From a virus, in IMG/VR virus record IMGVR_UViG_3300021197_001442, positions 31,020-95,019 of that record: a DNA stretch of 64,000 nt; one strand, given 5' to 3'. The position numbers were made by a program, and so were the translations under genes. Positions 41,659-51,375 of the stretch are shown here, one piece after another. Each line of letters starts with the position of its first letter. The first letter of the stretch is position 1. The notes beneath the pieces are model-generated. The model was not told the DNA's origin and ran no database searches. It saw nothing but the letters and a program-made list of their open reading frames with translations.

Positions 41659-42649
41659 TGTTTAGCTCCTTTAATGCTAATTTGTAATCTTCCTCATACA
41701 TGAGCTTTGCTAGCTCTTTAAATTTTATTTTCGGCTGCCATCCCAAGTGGGCTTTTGCTTTTGCTGGGTTGCCCAGTAATAAAGGTACTTCATGTGGTCT
41801 AAAAAGCCTTTTGTCTATTTCTACATGCTCTTCAACGCTTAGTCCTGCATGTGCGAATACCTCGTCAAGAAACTCTCTAACTGTGTGGGTCTCGCCAGTG
41901 GCTATGACATAGTCATCTGGCTTGTCTTTCTGGAGCATCATCCACATGGCCACAACATAGTCACCAGCATAACCCCAATCTCGCTTGGCATCTAAATTTC
42001 CTAGATACAGCTTTTCTTGAACTCCTAACTTTATCCGTGCCGCTGCCATAGTTATTTTGCGAGTTACAAAAGTTTCACCCCTGCGGGGGGATTCATGATT
42101 AAATAGTATTCCTGAGGAGGCGTGAATACCGTAGCTTTCTCTGTAGTTTCTAACAAGATGGTGAGCGCACACTTTTGCACAAGCGTAAGGAGAAGCAGGC
42201 ATCAACAAAGTTTCCTCTGTCTGTGGGACTAATGGATTATCACCAAACATTTCGGATGAGGATGCCTGGTAATATTTAATCGATCGGTCGGTGTTGCGGA
42301 TACACTCCAATATGTTTAGCGTGCCCATAGCTATTGTTTTTAGAGTCTCTTCGGGGACATCAAACGATACCCTAACGTGCGACTGAGCGGCCAAGTTGTA
42401 AAACTCGGAAGGGGAGTATTCTCCTAGGATCCTGTATAAGCAACTGCTATCATGCAGCGAGTAATATTCTAAATAAAAATTAGGATTTTTAAATAAGTGG
42501 TTTATCCTGTCTGTGCTTATCAAAGAGGTTCTCCTCTTTAACCCTACCACTTTGTAACCCTTGTCTAACAAAAATTCAGCTAGATATGAACCATCTTGGC
42601 CAGTTATGCCGGTAATCATTGCTATTTTCTTATCTGGTATATTCTTCAT
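41651..42649 (-). CDS. gmd: GDP-mannose 4,6-dehydratase
   Basis: ITGITGQDGSYLAE, LAAQSHV, QASSSEMFG, SPYACAK, LFNHESPRRGETFVTRKI. Start moved to 42649 (AGGAGG SD). Confidence 0.96.
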   Translation of the reverse strand: MKNIPDKKIAMITGITGQDGSYLAEFLLDKGYKVVGLKRRTSLISTDRINHLFKNPNFYLEYYSLHDSSCLYRILGEYSPSEFYNLAAQSHVRVSFDVPEETLKTIAMGTLNILECIRNTDRSIKYYQASSSEMFGDNPLVPQTEETLLMPASPYACAKVCAHHLVRNYRESYGIHASSGILFNHESPRRGETFVTRKITMAAARIKLGVQEKLYLGNLDAKRDWGYAGDYVVAMWMMLQKDKPDDYVIATGETHTVREFLDEVFAHAGLSVEEHVEIDKRLFRPHEVPLLLGNPAKAKAHLGWQPKIKFKELAKLMYEEDYKLALKELNNE

Positions 42650-43523
42650 ACGTCCTCCTAAAGCCTTCCTCAAACGGAACAAAGTTATAATCACCTATTA
42701 AATGTAATAGCGCAACATTACTACCATCTTTCCTGTGTTGTCCATCTAAATCCCCGTTAAAAGACACCTCCACTTTCTTGTTGGCTACCTTAAACCCTAT
42801 GTCTATCATTTCTTTAATTGAATGGCTCTCTCCGGGAGCAACAATTAAAGGAGCGTCCGTGTGGTGACTATTTAGTAGCTTTTCTATGATTTCCACCATA
42901 TCATCAACATACAATTGCTGTCTAATTGCATTTCCGGAACCCCAAAACATTACCTTATCCCCGCTGTTGGCTAATGCACATCGGTGGACCAGAGAGGCTA
43001 CAAAGTGGGATGACTCTTCTCCGAACTTGTCTTCAGGGCCGTACAGATTACAGGGGGAAAAAGTTGAGTAATTTCTTCCATATTGTTTTCTGTATGACAT
43101 ACTAGCAACGTGCAACATCCTTTTTGACATTGCATACGACATGTTAGAGGCCGCTGGGGGGCCATTAAAAATATCAACCTCAGTAAATGGGTATCTGCCC
43201 ACTTTATCAGGAAACGCGCATGTGCTAAGGGCTGACAACACCCTAGCCACGTCGAACTCATGGGCCTGTTGTAGTACATTGGCGTTAATCATGTTATTCT
43301 TATACGCGAAGTCAGCTTGCCTTGTAACGTTTTCCTTAACACCGCCCACCATTGATGCAAGATGTATCACTGCCTCTGGTCTCACATCTTTAAATAAATC
43401 CTTCACTTGTGATGTACAAGTAAGATCACAATCACCAGAAGATAAATAAATCCACTGCGGGAATGACAGCCTTAGCCGCCTTCCTAGGAAACCTGAGCCG
43501 CCTGTAACTAAAATCCTACTCAC
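42630..43523 (-). CDS. fcl: GDP-L-fucose synthase (4-keto-6-deoxy epimerase/reductase)
   Basis: TGGSGFLG, HLASMVGG, LSTCAFP, YAMSK, NLYGPED; adjacent to gmd. Confidence 0.85.
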   Translation of the reverse strand: MSRILVTGGSGFLGRRLRLSFPQWIYLSSGDCDLTCTSQVKDLFKDVRPEAVIHLASMVGGVKENVTRQADFAYKNNMINANVLQQAHEFDVARVLSALSTCAFPDKVGRYPFTEVDIFNGPPAASNMSYAMSKRMLHVASMSYRKQYGRNYSTFSPCNLYGPEDKFGEESSHFVASLVHRCALANSGDKVMFWGSGNAIRQQLYVDDMVEIIEKLLNSHHTDAPLIVAPGESHSIKEMIDIGFKVANKKVEVSFNGDLDGQHRKDGSNVALLHLIGDYNFVPFEEGFRRTYEEYTR

Positions 43524-44104
43524 GCTTTTCTTAGCTCCGAATCTTTCAGGCGATCTTTCTCTTGCCTAATCGAGGGACAGTGATTTCCTGTCCTGTGGAT
43601 TAGGTCATAAAAAATCATAAGAATGGAGACTTCTACAGTATGGAAATAATTACATTTAATTGATAATTCATCAATCCCATCTCTCAGGAACTCAGACTCA
43701 CTACCACTAATTAAAAACGTAGCAAACCCTTCATCTTCTCCCCAATGCAGTGTATTAATGACGTTTCCAGAATTACCGGAACAAGAAAGGCCAATAATTA
43801 GGCACTCTTCAGGATTTTCAACACTCGCTATTGTCTGAAGCCACCTAATAAATATCTGACTGTAGCCATGATCGTTAGCATTAGAAGTAATAAACCCAAC
43901 ACTGTCAAAAGAGTAGACTGCTTTGTTTGGTATTAATCTTGACAAGTCTGTTGCCATGTGACTTGCTACATAATGCAAGCCGCCATTACCTATAAGAAAT
44001 ATTTTCTTTGCCTTATTGACCTTCTCTACCAGCGTAGTGTATTCGTCGCTAGAAGCGGCGACCATGCACTTATCTTCAATATTCTCAAAATCAATCAACA
44101 TCAT
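43520..44104 (-). CDS. SIS-domain sugar-phosphate isomerase (GmhA-like)
   Basis: IGNGG, ANDHGY and LSCSGNSGNV. Confidence 0.8.
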   Translation of the reverse strand: MMLIDFENIEDKCMVAASSDEYTTLVEKVNKAKKIFLIGNGGLHYVASHMATDLSRLIPNKAVYSFDSVGFITSNANDHGYSQIFIRWLQTIASVENPEECLIIGLSCSGNSGNVINTLHWGEDEGFATFLISGSESEFLRDGIDELSIKCNYFHTVEVSILMIFYDLIHRTGNHCPSIRQEKDRLKDSELRKA

Positions 44105-45264
44105 ATTATTGTCTCTCTAAAAATTTGTAATGCATGCTCAACTTCATGCTCATTTAAATTTAAGTTTGGCCTCAGCCTAATTGACTTAAAACCTGTCTTA
44201 TTGCAAATTAATCCATTTCTATATAAATTCTCTACTACTATATCACGCTTTTGAGAGTTTGGCAAGTCAAATCCTATAATTAAACCACAATTTCTCAAAT
44301 TTAATATCCCATCTATCTCTGAGAGTCCGCGAACTAAAGTGCTACTTTGAATATTCACATTATCAAGTATATTGTACTGATTGTACGCCCTTATGATATA
44401 CTTGCACCTGACCATGTCAGATATATCCCCGTCCCAAGTAACCTCAAGTCTAATGGAATTTTGTTTACTAAAGATGTCACTATACTTTTCTTTCACCATA
44501 ATGCCAGAAAGTTGCGTCTTCTTACCAAAGATCACAACATCTGGCTCGATGCCTAGATGTTCGTAATACCAGAGTTTCCCGGTGCCCCCAAAGCCAACTT
44601 GAATTTCATCAAAAACTAGAGGCACGTCATATTCATCACAAGCTTGCCTAATCTGTTTAAAAAAATGCTTGTCAAAGTAGATATCCCCAGCGCTACATTG
44701 CACTGGTTCTACAATCAGACAAGTGACTTCAGTCGTTCTAAATAGTTTATAAACTTCTTTGATATCTGGCCGGATCTTGGTTGAATATGGCTCTGGGAAC
44801 CCGGCTAACCTAACGTCTGCGCCGGGAAATCTTGATGTGATAAAACCACCGTAACTGTTTATCCCATGAAAACTGTTGTCGAAGGACACAATATTTAGAT
44901 TGTGACATTTTTTATACTGTAGGCAAGTCTTAATCGCTGCTTCTACCGCTAATGCTCCAGTACACGAATAGTGGAAGTGAGAAAACAGCCCTCTTCCAGC
45001 ATACTCCCGGAACATTTTATCAAATTCATCAGTCTCATTTGAGGTGAACTCACAGTTGTTGACTTTGTACCTTGACACTCTCAAATACTCCCGCTTGAAC
45101 TCAGGAGTAGAGAATATAGGATGACTGTACCCTAAAGGCAACGATGCATACATTCCAAAAAAATCTAGATACTGTCTTTGCGTATTTCTATCGAAAAGAT
45201 ATGAATCATGACTTTTATCAAAATCTACTTTGATATTAAATTTTGTGCTTCGTGCTATAGACAT
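44101..45264 (-). CDS. Class III PLP aminotransferase (L-lysine 6-transaminase-like)
   Basis: YLDFFGMYAS, TGALAVEAAIK, SFHG, FDEIQVGFG, FGKK and TWDGD..DMVR. Confidence 0.88.
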   Translation of the reverse strand: MSIARSTKFNIKVDFDKSHDSYLFDRNTQRQYLDFFGMYASLPLGYSHPIFSTPEFKREYLRVSRYKVNNCEFTSNETDEFDKMFREYAGRGLFSHFHYSCTGALAVEAAIKTCLQYKKCHNLNIVSFDNSFHGINSYGGFITSRFPGADVRLAGFPEPYSTKIRPDIKEVYKLFRTTEVTCLIVEPVQCSAGDIYFDKHFFKQIRQACDEYDVPLVFDEIQVGFGGTGKLWYYEHLGIEPDVVIFGKKTQLSGIMVKEKYSDIFSKQNSIRLEVTWDGDISDMVRCKYIIRAYNQYNILDNVNIQSSTLVRGLSEIDGILNLRNCGLIIGFDLPNSQKRDIVVENLYRNGLICNKTGFKSIRLRPNLNLNEHEVEHALQIFRETII

Positions 45265-46328
45265 AAACTCCCTACCATATATTCATGAATAATATTTTTC
45301 AATTCTTGATGATCGATAATTTTAGTCACTCGTATATCACCTAACTCGTAAGGTAACACGCAAACTATACAGTCATCAATATTTTTCTTATCTTTCTTTA
45401 GTAAAGAGTAATACTCTTCTTCCAACTCTATGGGTACTCTATAGTCAATCAAATTCATTTTGATCGCAGAATATAATTCTTCATATTGTTTCTTGTTGAT
45501 GAAACCTTTTCTAAATGAAATATAGTTTGCTAGATCCATACCAATCGTGACTGCGAGTCCATGAGGCACCCTGTATCCGCTGATCGCTTCGATTGCATGG
45601 CCAAAAGTATGACCATAGTTAAAGACTCTTCTTTCGTTCTCATCAAACTCATCTTTTTCGACCATATTTCTTTTAATTCGTAAGCTCTCAGCGATATACT
45701 GCGACAGATGCCCAACAGGATTGGATAATATGTTATGGTAGTCGCCAACAAATCTAGTAATAAGTTCACTATTTTCTATAAGGTAGTAGTGTAATATTTC
45801 ACCAATACCTGATTTAATATCATTGATACTCAATGTTTCTAGAAACTCTGGACAGCAATTGATGTGTGACGGCGGATAAAAAGTTCCTATTGCGTTTTTA
45901 GTGTTTAAGAAGTTTATAGAACTCTTACTTCCAATACAACTATCTGCTTGAGCTAACAAGGTTGTGGGCATAAACTCCCACTCAACACCCCTATAGATAA
46001 CAGAAGAAACAAAAGCAGTGACATCTTGAGTTATGCCTCCACCAATTGCCAATAGCTTGTGATTTCTTTTAAACCCTACAGAAATTAGAAAACTAATCAC
46101 TTGTTCACAAGTCTTCAGTGTCTTAGTTTGTTCATTTGCTTCTATGACATAGGTTTTTGATGAATTAAACGACTCTTTAATTAGAGGATATATCATGTAT
46201 ATGTTTGAATCAACAATAACACATGTATTCTCGTCATAAGAGTCTAGCAAATTGCTATTTAAACTAGCAAAATTCACCATGTATTCCCTACGATATGATT
46301 TAACTTTTAATGGATCAAGTTCAAACAT
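45255..46328 (-). CDS. 3-dehydroquinate synthase-like sugar-phosphate cyclase family enzyme
   Basis: GGGITQD, PTTLLAQADS, KN, FNYGHTFGHAIE, HGLAV and DKK. Confidence 0.88.
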   Translation of the reverse strand: MFELDPLKVKSYRREYMVNFASLNSNLLDSYDENTCVIVDSNIYMIYPLIKESFNSSKTYVIEANEQTKTLKTCEQVISFLISVGFKRNHKLLAIGGGITQDVTAFVSSVIYRGVEWEFMPTTLLAQADSCIGSKSSINFLNTKNAIGTFYPPSHINCCPEFLETLSINDIKSGIGEILHYYLIENSELITRFVGDYHNILSNPVGHLSQYIAESLRIKRNMVEKDEFDENERRVFNYGHTFGHAIEAISGYRVPHGLAVTIGMDLANYISFRKGFINKKQYEELYSAIKMNLIDYRVPIELEEEYYSLLKKDKKNIDDCIVCVLPYELGDIRVTKIIDHQELKNIIHEYMVGSLCL

Positions 46329-47037
46329 TCACAAACCCACCATCAACAATTATATTTTGACCTGAAATGTACGAATTTAATTCGCTGGCCATAAACAAAA
46401 CGACTTTAGATATCTCAGCCGGTTCTGCCATTCGACCCATGGGAATATTCTGTGATATCTCTTGCATTCTCTCCGGCCCTAGCACTTGGCGAGTCAAGTC
46501 AGTGAGCGTGAAGCCAGGAGACACGGTGTTAACAAGTACGTTAAACCGCGATAGTTCAGCCGCTGACGCGAGGGTAAGACCTCTTAATCCAAACTTACTA
46601 GAAGAGTAAGCAGCACGCTTAGCGACACTAATAGAGCCCCATATAGATGCTATATTGATTATCTTGCCGTAACCCTGCTTGACCATGTTATCAACAACTG
46701 CTTGCTGTATTAAAAAAGGAGCGGTTAAATTTACTTTTAGGATGTGATCCCAATCCTCTCTCTTGACATCACAAAATGAATCGATTTTATTTATTCCAGC
46801 GTTGTTGATACAAATGTCATATGTTTGATTTGATATTACTTCAATAAATTTATTTGTACTTTCGTTATCTAAAAAGTCAACCTGCATGTATTCTACGCCT
46901 GGGAAGATACAGTGAGATTTCTTACCAGTGACGGTAAGAGTCGCACCAAGATCTAGCATGTCTTCCGCAATCTGCCTTCCAATGCCTCTGGTCCCTCCAG
47001 TGACAAGAACTCTTTTGTTTTTAAAATCAATTTTCAT
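46321..47037 (-). CDS. Short-chain dehydrogenase/reductase (FabG-like)
   Basis: TGGTRGIG, NNAG and YSSSK. Start moved to ATG 47037. Confidence 0.9.
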   Translation of the reverse strand: MKIDFKNKRVLVTGGTRGIGRQIAEDMLDLGATLTVTGKKSHCIFPGVEYMQVDFLDNESTNKFIEVISNQTYDICINNAGINKIDSFCDVKREDWDHILKVNLTAPFLIQQAVVDNMVKQGYGKIINIASIWGSISVAKRAAYSSSKFGLRGLTLASAAELSRFNVLVNTVSPGFTLTDLTRQVLGPERMQEISQNIPMGRMAEPAEISKVVLFMASELNSYISGQNIIVDGGFVNV

Positions 47038-48163
47038 TTGTATGCTTACCATCTGGGTAAACATGCGCGACATCTTCTCTGCTAACAGCGAGTCTAATCG
47101 CAGGCTTATCACCAGTTGCTTCAATCCTATGAACTACACCTTTTTCAATAAACACAACGTCATCTTTCTTAATCAGTTTCTTTTCACCTTCAATTTCCCA
47201 GATCCACTCTCCGTCAATAATATACCACCATTCGTTCCAGTCTGGATGATAGTGTCTCCGGTTTCCTTGACCCGGCTGCTGGTGTATAACCGTAGCGCTA
47301 TTGTTTTCAGTGTTAACAACTCTGTGACTCCAAGATGTACTACTGTCAAACGATGCTCTGATGTCGTTAATATTAACGATTTGTTTGTTTGCATCATGCA
47401 AGTTGTTAACCATAACACCGTCTTTCACCAAAATAGACGGCACATCCACCTCCGAATGTTCTTCGCCATAGTACTGTGGGGCATAGCTTTTAGACGCCAA
47501 TGATCGTGCAACTACTTCTGCTAGTTGGAAGTCTTTTTCATTATCGATGTCAATAACCGCAAAACCATCAAGCACATAAAATTTAATTTTACCATCGCCA
47601 CCATGATACCCACAACCATACTCATCCATGTTGTTAATATAATTGCTAGTCTTCCAGCCCATCAGCCCACACGCGTAAGCCTGTACTGGAATTAAGTCTT
47701 GCGAAGGCGGGGAGAGTTTCTTTTGATCAAAATTAACTGGGCTATCATCATACACGCACTCAATCTGCTGATTTGCGACTGATACGAGTGTGTCTAAATC
47801 ATCATCAATTATTTTTTTAGTAAAACTTACAATATCATCCTTTGATATAAAAGGGGAAGTTGGCAATATTTGAATCAAGACATCACAATCAATATTTTTT
47901 ATAAAATCTGCTGTGAACTCATCATTTGTTGCACTGTTAGTCGAAAGCTCACCGGGTCTTTTATAGAATTTAACACCCTCTTCGATTGCAATTGCACCTA
48001 GAATATCAGATTCAGAGTTAACATACACCTCATCAAAACATCCTGACGCTTTTGCTGCTCTAATGGCATAGCTTATCATCGGCACGCCGTTCAAGAGCCG
48101 AATATTTTTCTTAAGGACTCTAGTACTACCCATGCGGGCAGGTATCATTGCTACTACTTTCAT
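47027..48163 (-). CDS. CMP-ulosonate synthetase (NeuA/KdsB-like) fused to a C-terminal cupin
   Basis: IPARMGSTRVLKKN, PTSPF and DIDNEKDF, followed by cupin HYHPDWNEWW...GVVH. Confidence 0.9.
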   Translation of the reverse strand: MKVVAMIPARMGSTRVLKKNIRLLNGVPMISYAIRAAKASGCFDEVYVNSESDILGAIAIEEGVKFYKRPGELSTNSATNDEFTADFIKNIDCDVLIQILPTSPFISKDDIVSFTKKIIDDDLDTLVSVANQQIECVYDDSPVNFDQKKLSPPSQDLIPVQAYACGLMGWKTSNYINNMDEYGCGYHGGDGKIKFYVLDGFAVIDIDNEKDFQLAEVVARSLASKSYAPQYYGEEHSEVDVPSILVKDGVMVNNLHDANKQIVNINDIRASFDSSTSWSHRVVNTENNSATVIHQQPGQGNRRHYHPDWNEWWYIIDGEWIWEIEGEKKLIKKDDVVFIEKGVVHRIEATGDKPAIRLAVSREDVAHVYPDGKHTNEN

Positions 48164-49011
48164 TTTTTATTAACCAATCCTATTGTTTTTTTAAAATTTT
48201 CTTGCAAGTAATCGTCCAAGGACAGTTTTTTACCATAATGAAAATAAATCATTTTATGAAAATAATTTATTTGTGGAATCTGCTGGTGGATATCGATCCT
48301 CAAGTCTGAGAAGTTGGGTACGTTTCTTACATCTTCCCTAAAATTGCCATTTTTCATAGCTTCCTTGTGGTATTTGTCGTAGTACACTTCTCCAAAAGTG
48401 TTCATGTTGAAAAACGTCATTCCTGTAACGTGTAGACTTTCTATTTCGTAGTTTAGAAGAGTTATTATACCCATCAACCCAGTGTTACAAGTGGTCCCTA
48501 CCTCTTTAAAGACCTTAAACAGATAGCCATCACACACATTATGCCATGGCGTGCCTACCTCATCAAGAAAATTATGTACCCTCTGTACATCCCACATGGA
48601 GACCATTGGACAAACAATATATTTTAAAGACCTGGCGAACTGCATGTTTTTACGTAAAGCGTTTATTTTATGTATATTCAGGCAATTCATTAAAATATCT
48701 GTTCTTTCCCCGTAGTCTTCCCATAAATCTTCAGTCATATGAAAGTTTTGATTAACCCTAACTACAAGATCATGGGAGTCTATCCAAGATCCTAATTTTT
48801 TTCCGCGCAAATGCGGTGAAGGGCACACGTAAGCAATTCTTTTACCATTGATTAGATTAGCTAAATCTTCATTATAATTATAATCACGAAAGTCATCAAC
48901 GAAAGGCCCTCTACGACCAAGGTCGGCTAGTTGGTAGTCGGGAGGTGGGGTAGAGGATTGCCAAGGTGGTGGTCTGTTTGATAACGGTATGCCAATAATA
49001 TCTTTCTTCAT
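48160..49011 (-). CDS. GT29 sialyltransferase-like glycosyltransferase
   Basis: Sialylmotif-L-like RIAYV...LGSWIDSHDLVVRVN...DYGERTD, motif-S-like NTGLMGI...LHVTGMTF and a downstream His. Start moved to 49011. Confidence 0.75.
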   Translation of the reverse strand: MKKDIIGIPLSNRPPPWQSSTPPPDYQLADLGRRGPFVDDFRDYNYNEDLANLINGKRIAYVCPSPHLRGKKLGSWIDSHDLVVRVNQNFHMTEDLWEDYGERTDILMNCLNIHKINALRKNMQFARSLKYIVCPMVSMWDVQRVHNFLDEVGTPWHNVCDGYLFKVFKEVGTTCNTGLMGIITLLNYEIESLHVTGMTFFNMNTFGEVYYDKYHKEAMKNGNFREDVRNVPNFSDLRIDIHQQIPQINYFHKMIYFHYGKKLSLDDYLQENFKKTIGLVNKK

Positions 49012-49015
49012 TATT

Positions 49016-49963
49016 TCACCAAACAAACTTATTCTTATGATATTCAACTATTTTCTGAATTTCTTCATCGAAAGATTTATTGGGCTGCCACCCAAGTTGT
49101 CGAAGTCTAGAATCATCAAGTGCATATCTTACATCTTGACCTGGACGGGAGTATGAGAAATCAACATACTGTCGCCAGTCTTGCGTGTTGTGGTAGTGTA
49201 ACACGATTTTGCGAACAGTCTCGGAATTTTTCTGTTCGTGGCCCCCCGCTACATTATAGATCTCGTTAACTTTACCAGAGTCTATTATAGACAACACGGC
49301 CTCAGCCGTGTCATCAGCATGAAGCCAGTTCCTAACAGGTTCGCCATTGTTGTGAAGTCTTATCTTTTTACCTCTAAACAATTTTTTTACAGAAAGTGGA
49401 ATTAATTTTTCAGGATATTGTCCTATCCCATAATTGTTTGTTGGTCTCAATATAATGTATTCCACACCATAGGTTCGAGCCCAAGCAGTGATAAGCATAT
49501 CCGCTGACGCTTTCGCTGCTGCATATGGGTTACTGGGGCGAAGAAGTGAATCTTCTGTGTGATATCCAGAAACTAAATCACCATACACCTCGTCCGTGCT
49601 AAAATGAAACAATATTGGTCTTCTGGCTATATTGTTGGGCTTATGTCTAATCAAGTCTAATAAATTCTTGACAGCTATTATATTACTTTCTATAAACTCA
49701 TCGCTCTTTACTATGCTATTGCCTACGTGCGACTCGGCTGCGGTATTAATAATATAATCACAGTCGTACAAGTGGTCTAGGTCCTTTACATCTTTCCGTT
49801 CGAATACAAAATTGTTATATTTAGAAAATTCCTCAAGAAAAGATGTGTTTGCAGCATAAGTCATTTTGTCAATACCACGAACATACCAGCCTTTCTGGAG
49901 GCATTTTCTTGTCACATAGGAGCCTATAAAACCCAGGCACCCTGTTACATAGACTACTTTCAT
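49016..49963 (-). CDS. rfbB: dTDP/NDP-glucose 4,6-dehydratase
   Basis: GCLGFIG, AAESHV, STDEVYG, PYAAAK, NNYG..QYPEKLIP and RPGQDVRY. Confidence 0.9.
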   Translation of the reverse strand: MKVVYVTGCLGFIGSYVTRKCLQKGWYVRGIDKMTYAANTSFLEEFSKYNNFVFERKDVKDLDHLYDCDYIINTAAESHVGNSIVKSDEFIESNIIAVKNLLDLIRHKPNNIARRPILFHFSTDEVYGDLVSGYHTEDSLLRPSNPYAAAKASADMLITAWARTYGVEYIILRPTNNYGIGQYPEKLIPLSVKKLFRGKKIRLHNNGEPVRNWLHADDTAEAVLSIIDSGKVNEIYNVAGGHEQKNSETVRKIVLHYHNTQDWRQYVDFSYSRPGQDVRYALDDSRLRQLGWQPNKSFDEEIQKIVEYHKNKFVW

Positions 49964-51375
49964 TTCAGTCCTTCAAAAAACTTATCCACAGTTTTCTTTA
50001 TGTATGAAATTTTCTCATCTGTTAGACCAATATATGTGCCCAGAAACACAGATCCCATTGTCACCGTGTGGGCGTTAGGGAATACAGCATCCAAATCTTC
50101 ATACTGCTTGGCCATCTCTTGGTACGCTGGGTGGTACAAAGCATTGCCGGTAAAATATGATCGTGTTTGGATTTTTGCTTTTTCCATGTGTCTAACAAAT
50201 TGTTGTTTCTCGAAAGGAGCATCCGGTTTGGTCACAAGCAGAAACCCAAACCAACATGGATCTGCCTTTTCTGTTGCCTTTGGCAGATAAAAATATTTCT
50301 CGTATGGCTTAAAAATTTTATACAGCTTGTTAAAGTTGTTTCTTCTGGCCTGATCCATTTGGGGCAACTTTTTAAGCTGCTGTAGTCCCATGGCAGCCTG
50401 TAGATCAAGAGGCTTAATATTATAGCCTATTTCATCAAAGACGTATCTATGATCATAAACAGCCTTAGGGCATCCCGGCAGCCACTCCTTAAATCTGTCT
50501 CCGCAGGCTGTTCCAGCAGTGACATCACCTGGCTTCATTTCATTGCAGAAGCAGGCACGACCCCAATCTCTAAAGCTTGCAACTGTAGACCTAATGGCCC
50601 TTGAGTTTGTAGCCACAAAGCCACCCTCTCCCATAGTCATATGGTGGGCCGGGAAGAACGAGCAAGTCGACATAAGACCAAAAGAGCCTAATTTCTTGCC
50701 GTCATACGTAGAGCCTAAAGCGTCACAAGCATCTTCCAGAAAGATAAGATTATGCTTGTTAACAAGCTTCATTAATCTATCCATATCAGGTGGGTTACCC
50801 AATACGTGAGCAAAAATAATTGCTTTTATTTCTTTATCTTTATCATTGTCAAGTAGTTCCTCAACCATGTCAAGGTTTAAGTTTACGCTTGGAAGATCCA
50901 CATCTACAAATACAGGCACCAGACCATTTTGTATCAGGGGGTTGATAGTTGTTGGGAAACATACAACCGGAGTAATGACTTTATCACCCTTATTGAGACG
51001 GTATTTGGCAGGCATTTTGTTTTTTGAGGTTAAAGAAGAAACCATAAGCAAATTTGCAGAAGAACCTGAATTGGTTAGGCACCCATGCTTCATACCCAAA
51101 TGCTTAGGGAAGGCAATTTCAAAATTTCTACAGTTTTTGCCATATATAAGCCATTCGCCTAGAAGAGTTTCTACAGCTTTAGAATATTCGTTGCCATCAA
51201 TGTGAGGGCCAGAATACTTTACCCAATCTTTCCCAGCCTCCCATTTTTCAGCAGATCTCACTTCGGAAATATAGTCTTCCACTAAATTAAGAATCTTATC
51301 AAGTTTGGTTTTCTTTTTAGGTAAAACTTTTGCTATACTCTTTGTTAAAATATTAATATACTTGTTAGTCGACAT
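49960..51375 (-). CDS. rfbH: NDP-4-keto-6-deoxyglucose 3-dehydratase (E1, RfbH/DdhC)
   Basis: NSGSSANL; SFFPAHHMTMGEGG (His in place of the PLP Lys); RDWGRACFC...TACG Fe-S cysteines. Confidence 0.9.
   Translation of the reverse strand: MSTNKYINILTKSIAKVLPKKKTKLDKILNLVEDYISEVRSAEKWEAGKDWVKYSGPHIDGNEYSKAVETLLGEWLIYGKNCRNFEIAFPKHLGMKHGCLTNSGSSANLLMVSSLTSKNKMPAKYRLNKGDKVITPVVCFPTTINPLIQNGLVPVFVDVDLPSVNLNLDMVEELLDNDKDKEIKAIIFAHVLGNPPDMDRLMKLVNKHNLIFLEDACDALGSTYDGKKLGSFGLMSTCSFFPAHHMTMGEGGFVATNSRAIRSTVASFRDWGRACFCNEMKPGDVTAGTACGDRFKEWLPGCPKAVYDHRYVFDEIGYNIKPLDLQAAMGLQQLKKLPQMDQARRNNFNKLYKIFKPYEKYFYLPKATEKADPCWFGFLLVTKPDAPFEKQQFVRHMEKAKIQTRSYFTGNALYHPAYQEMAKQYEDLDAVFPNAHTVTMGSVFLGTYIGLTDEKISYIKKTVDKFFEGLK

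Noticed and set aside
43520-44104. ADP/GDP-heptose pathway (gmhA)
   Set aside because: No HldE/HddA kinase, GmhB phosphatase or heptose nucleotidyltransferase in the window; kept as a generic SIS isomerase.
45255-46328. Shikimate-pathway auxiliary metabolic gene (aroB)
   Set aside because: No other aro genes, altered active-site residues, and embedding in a nucleotide-sugar operon; no gene symbol assigned.
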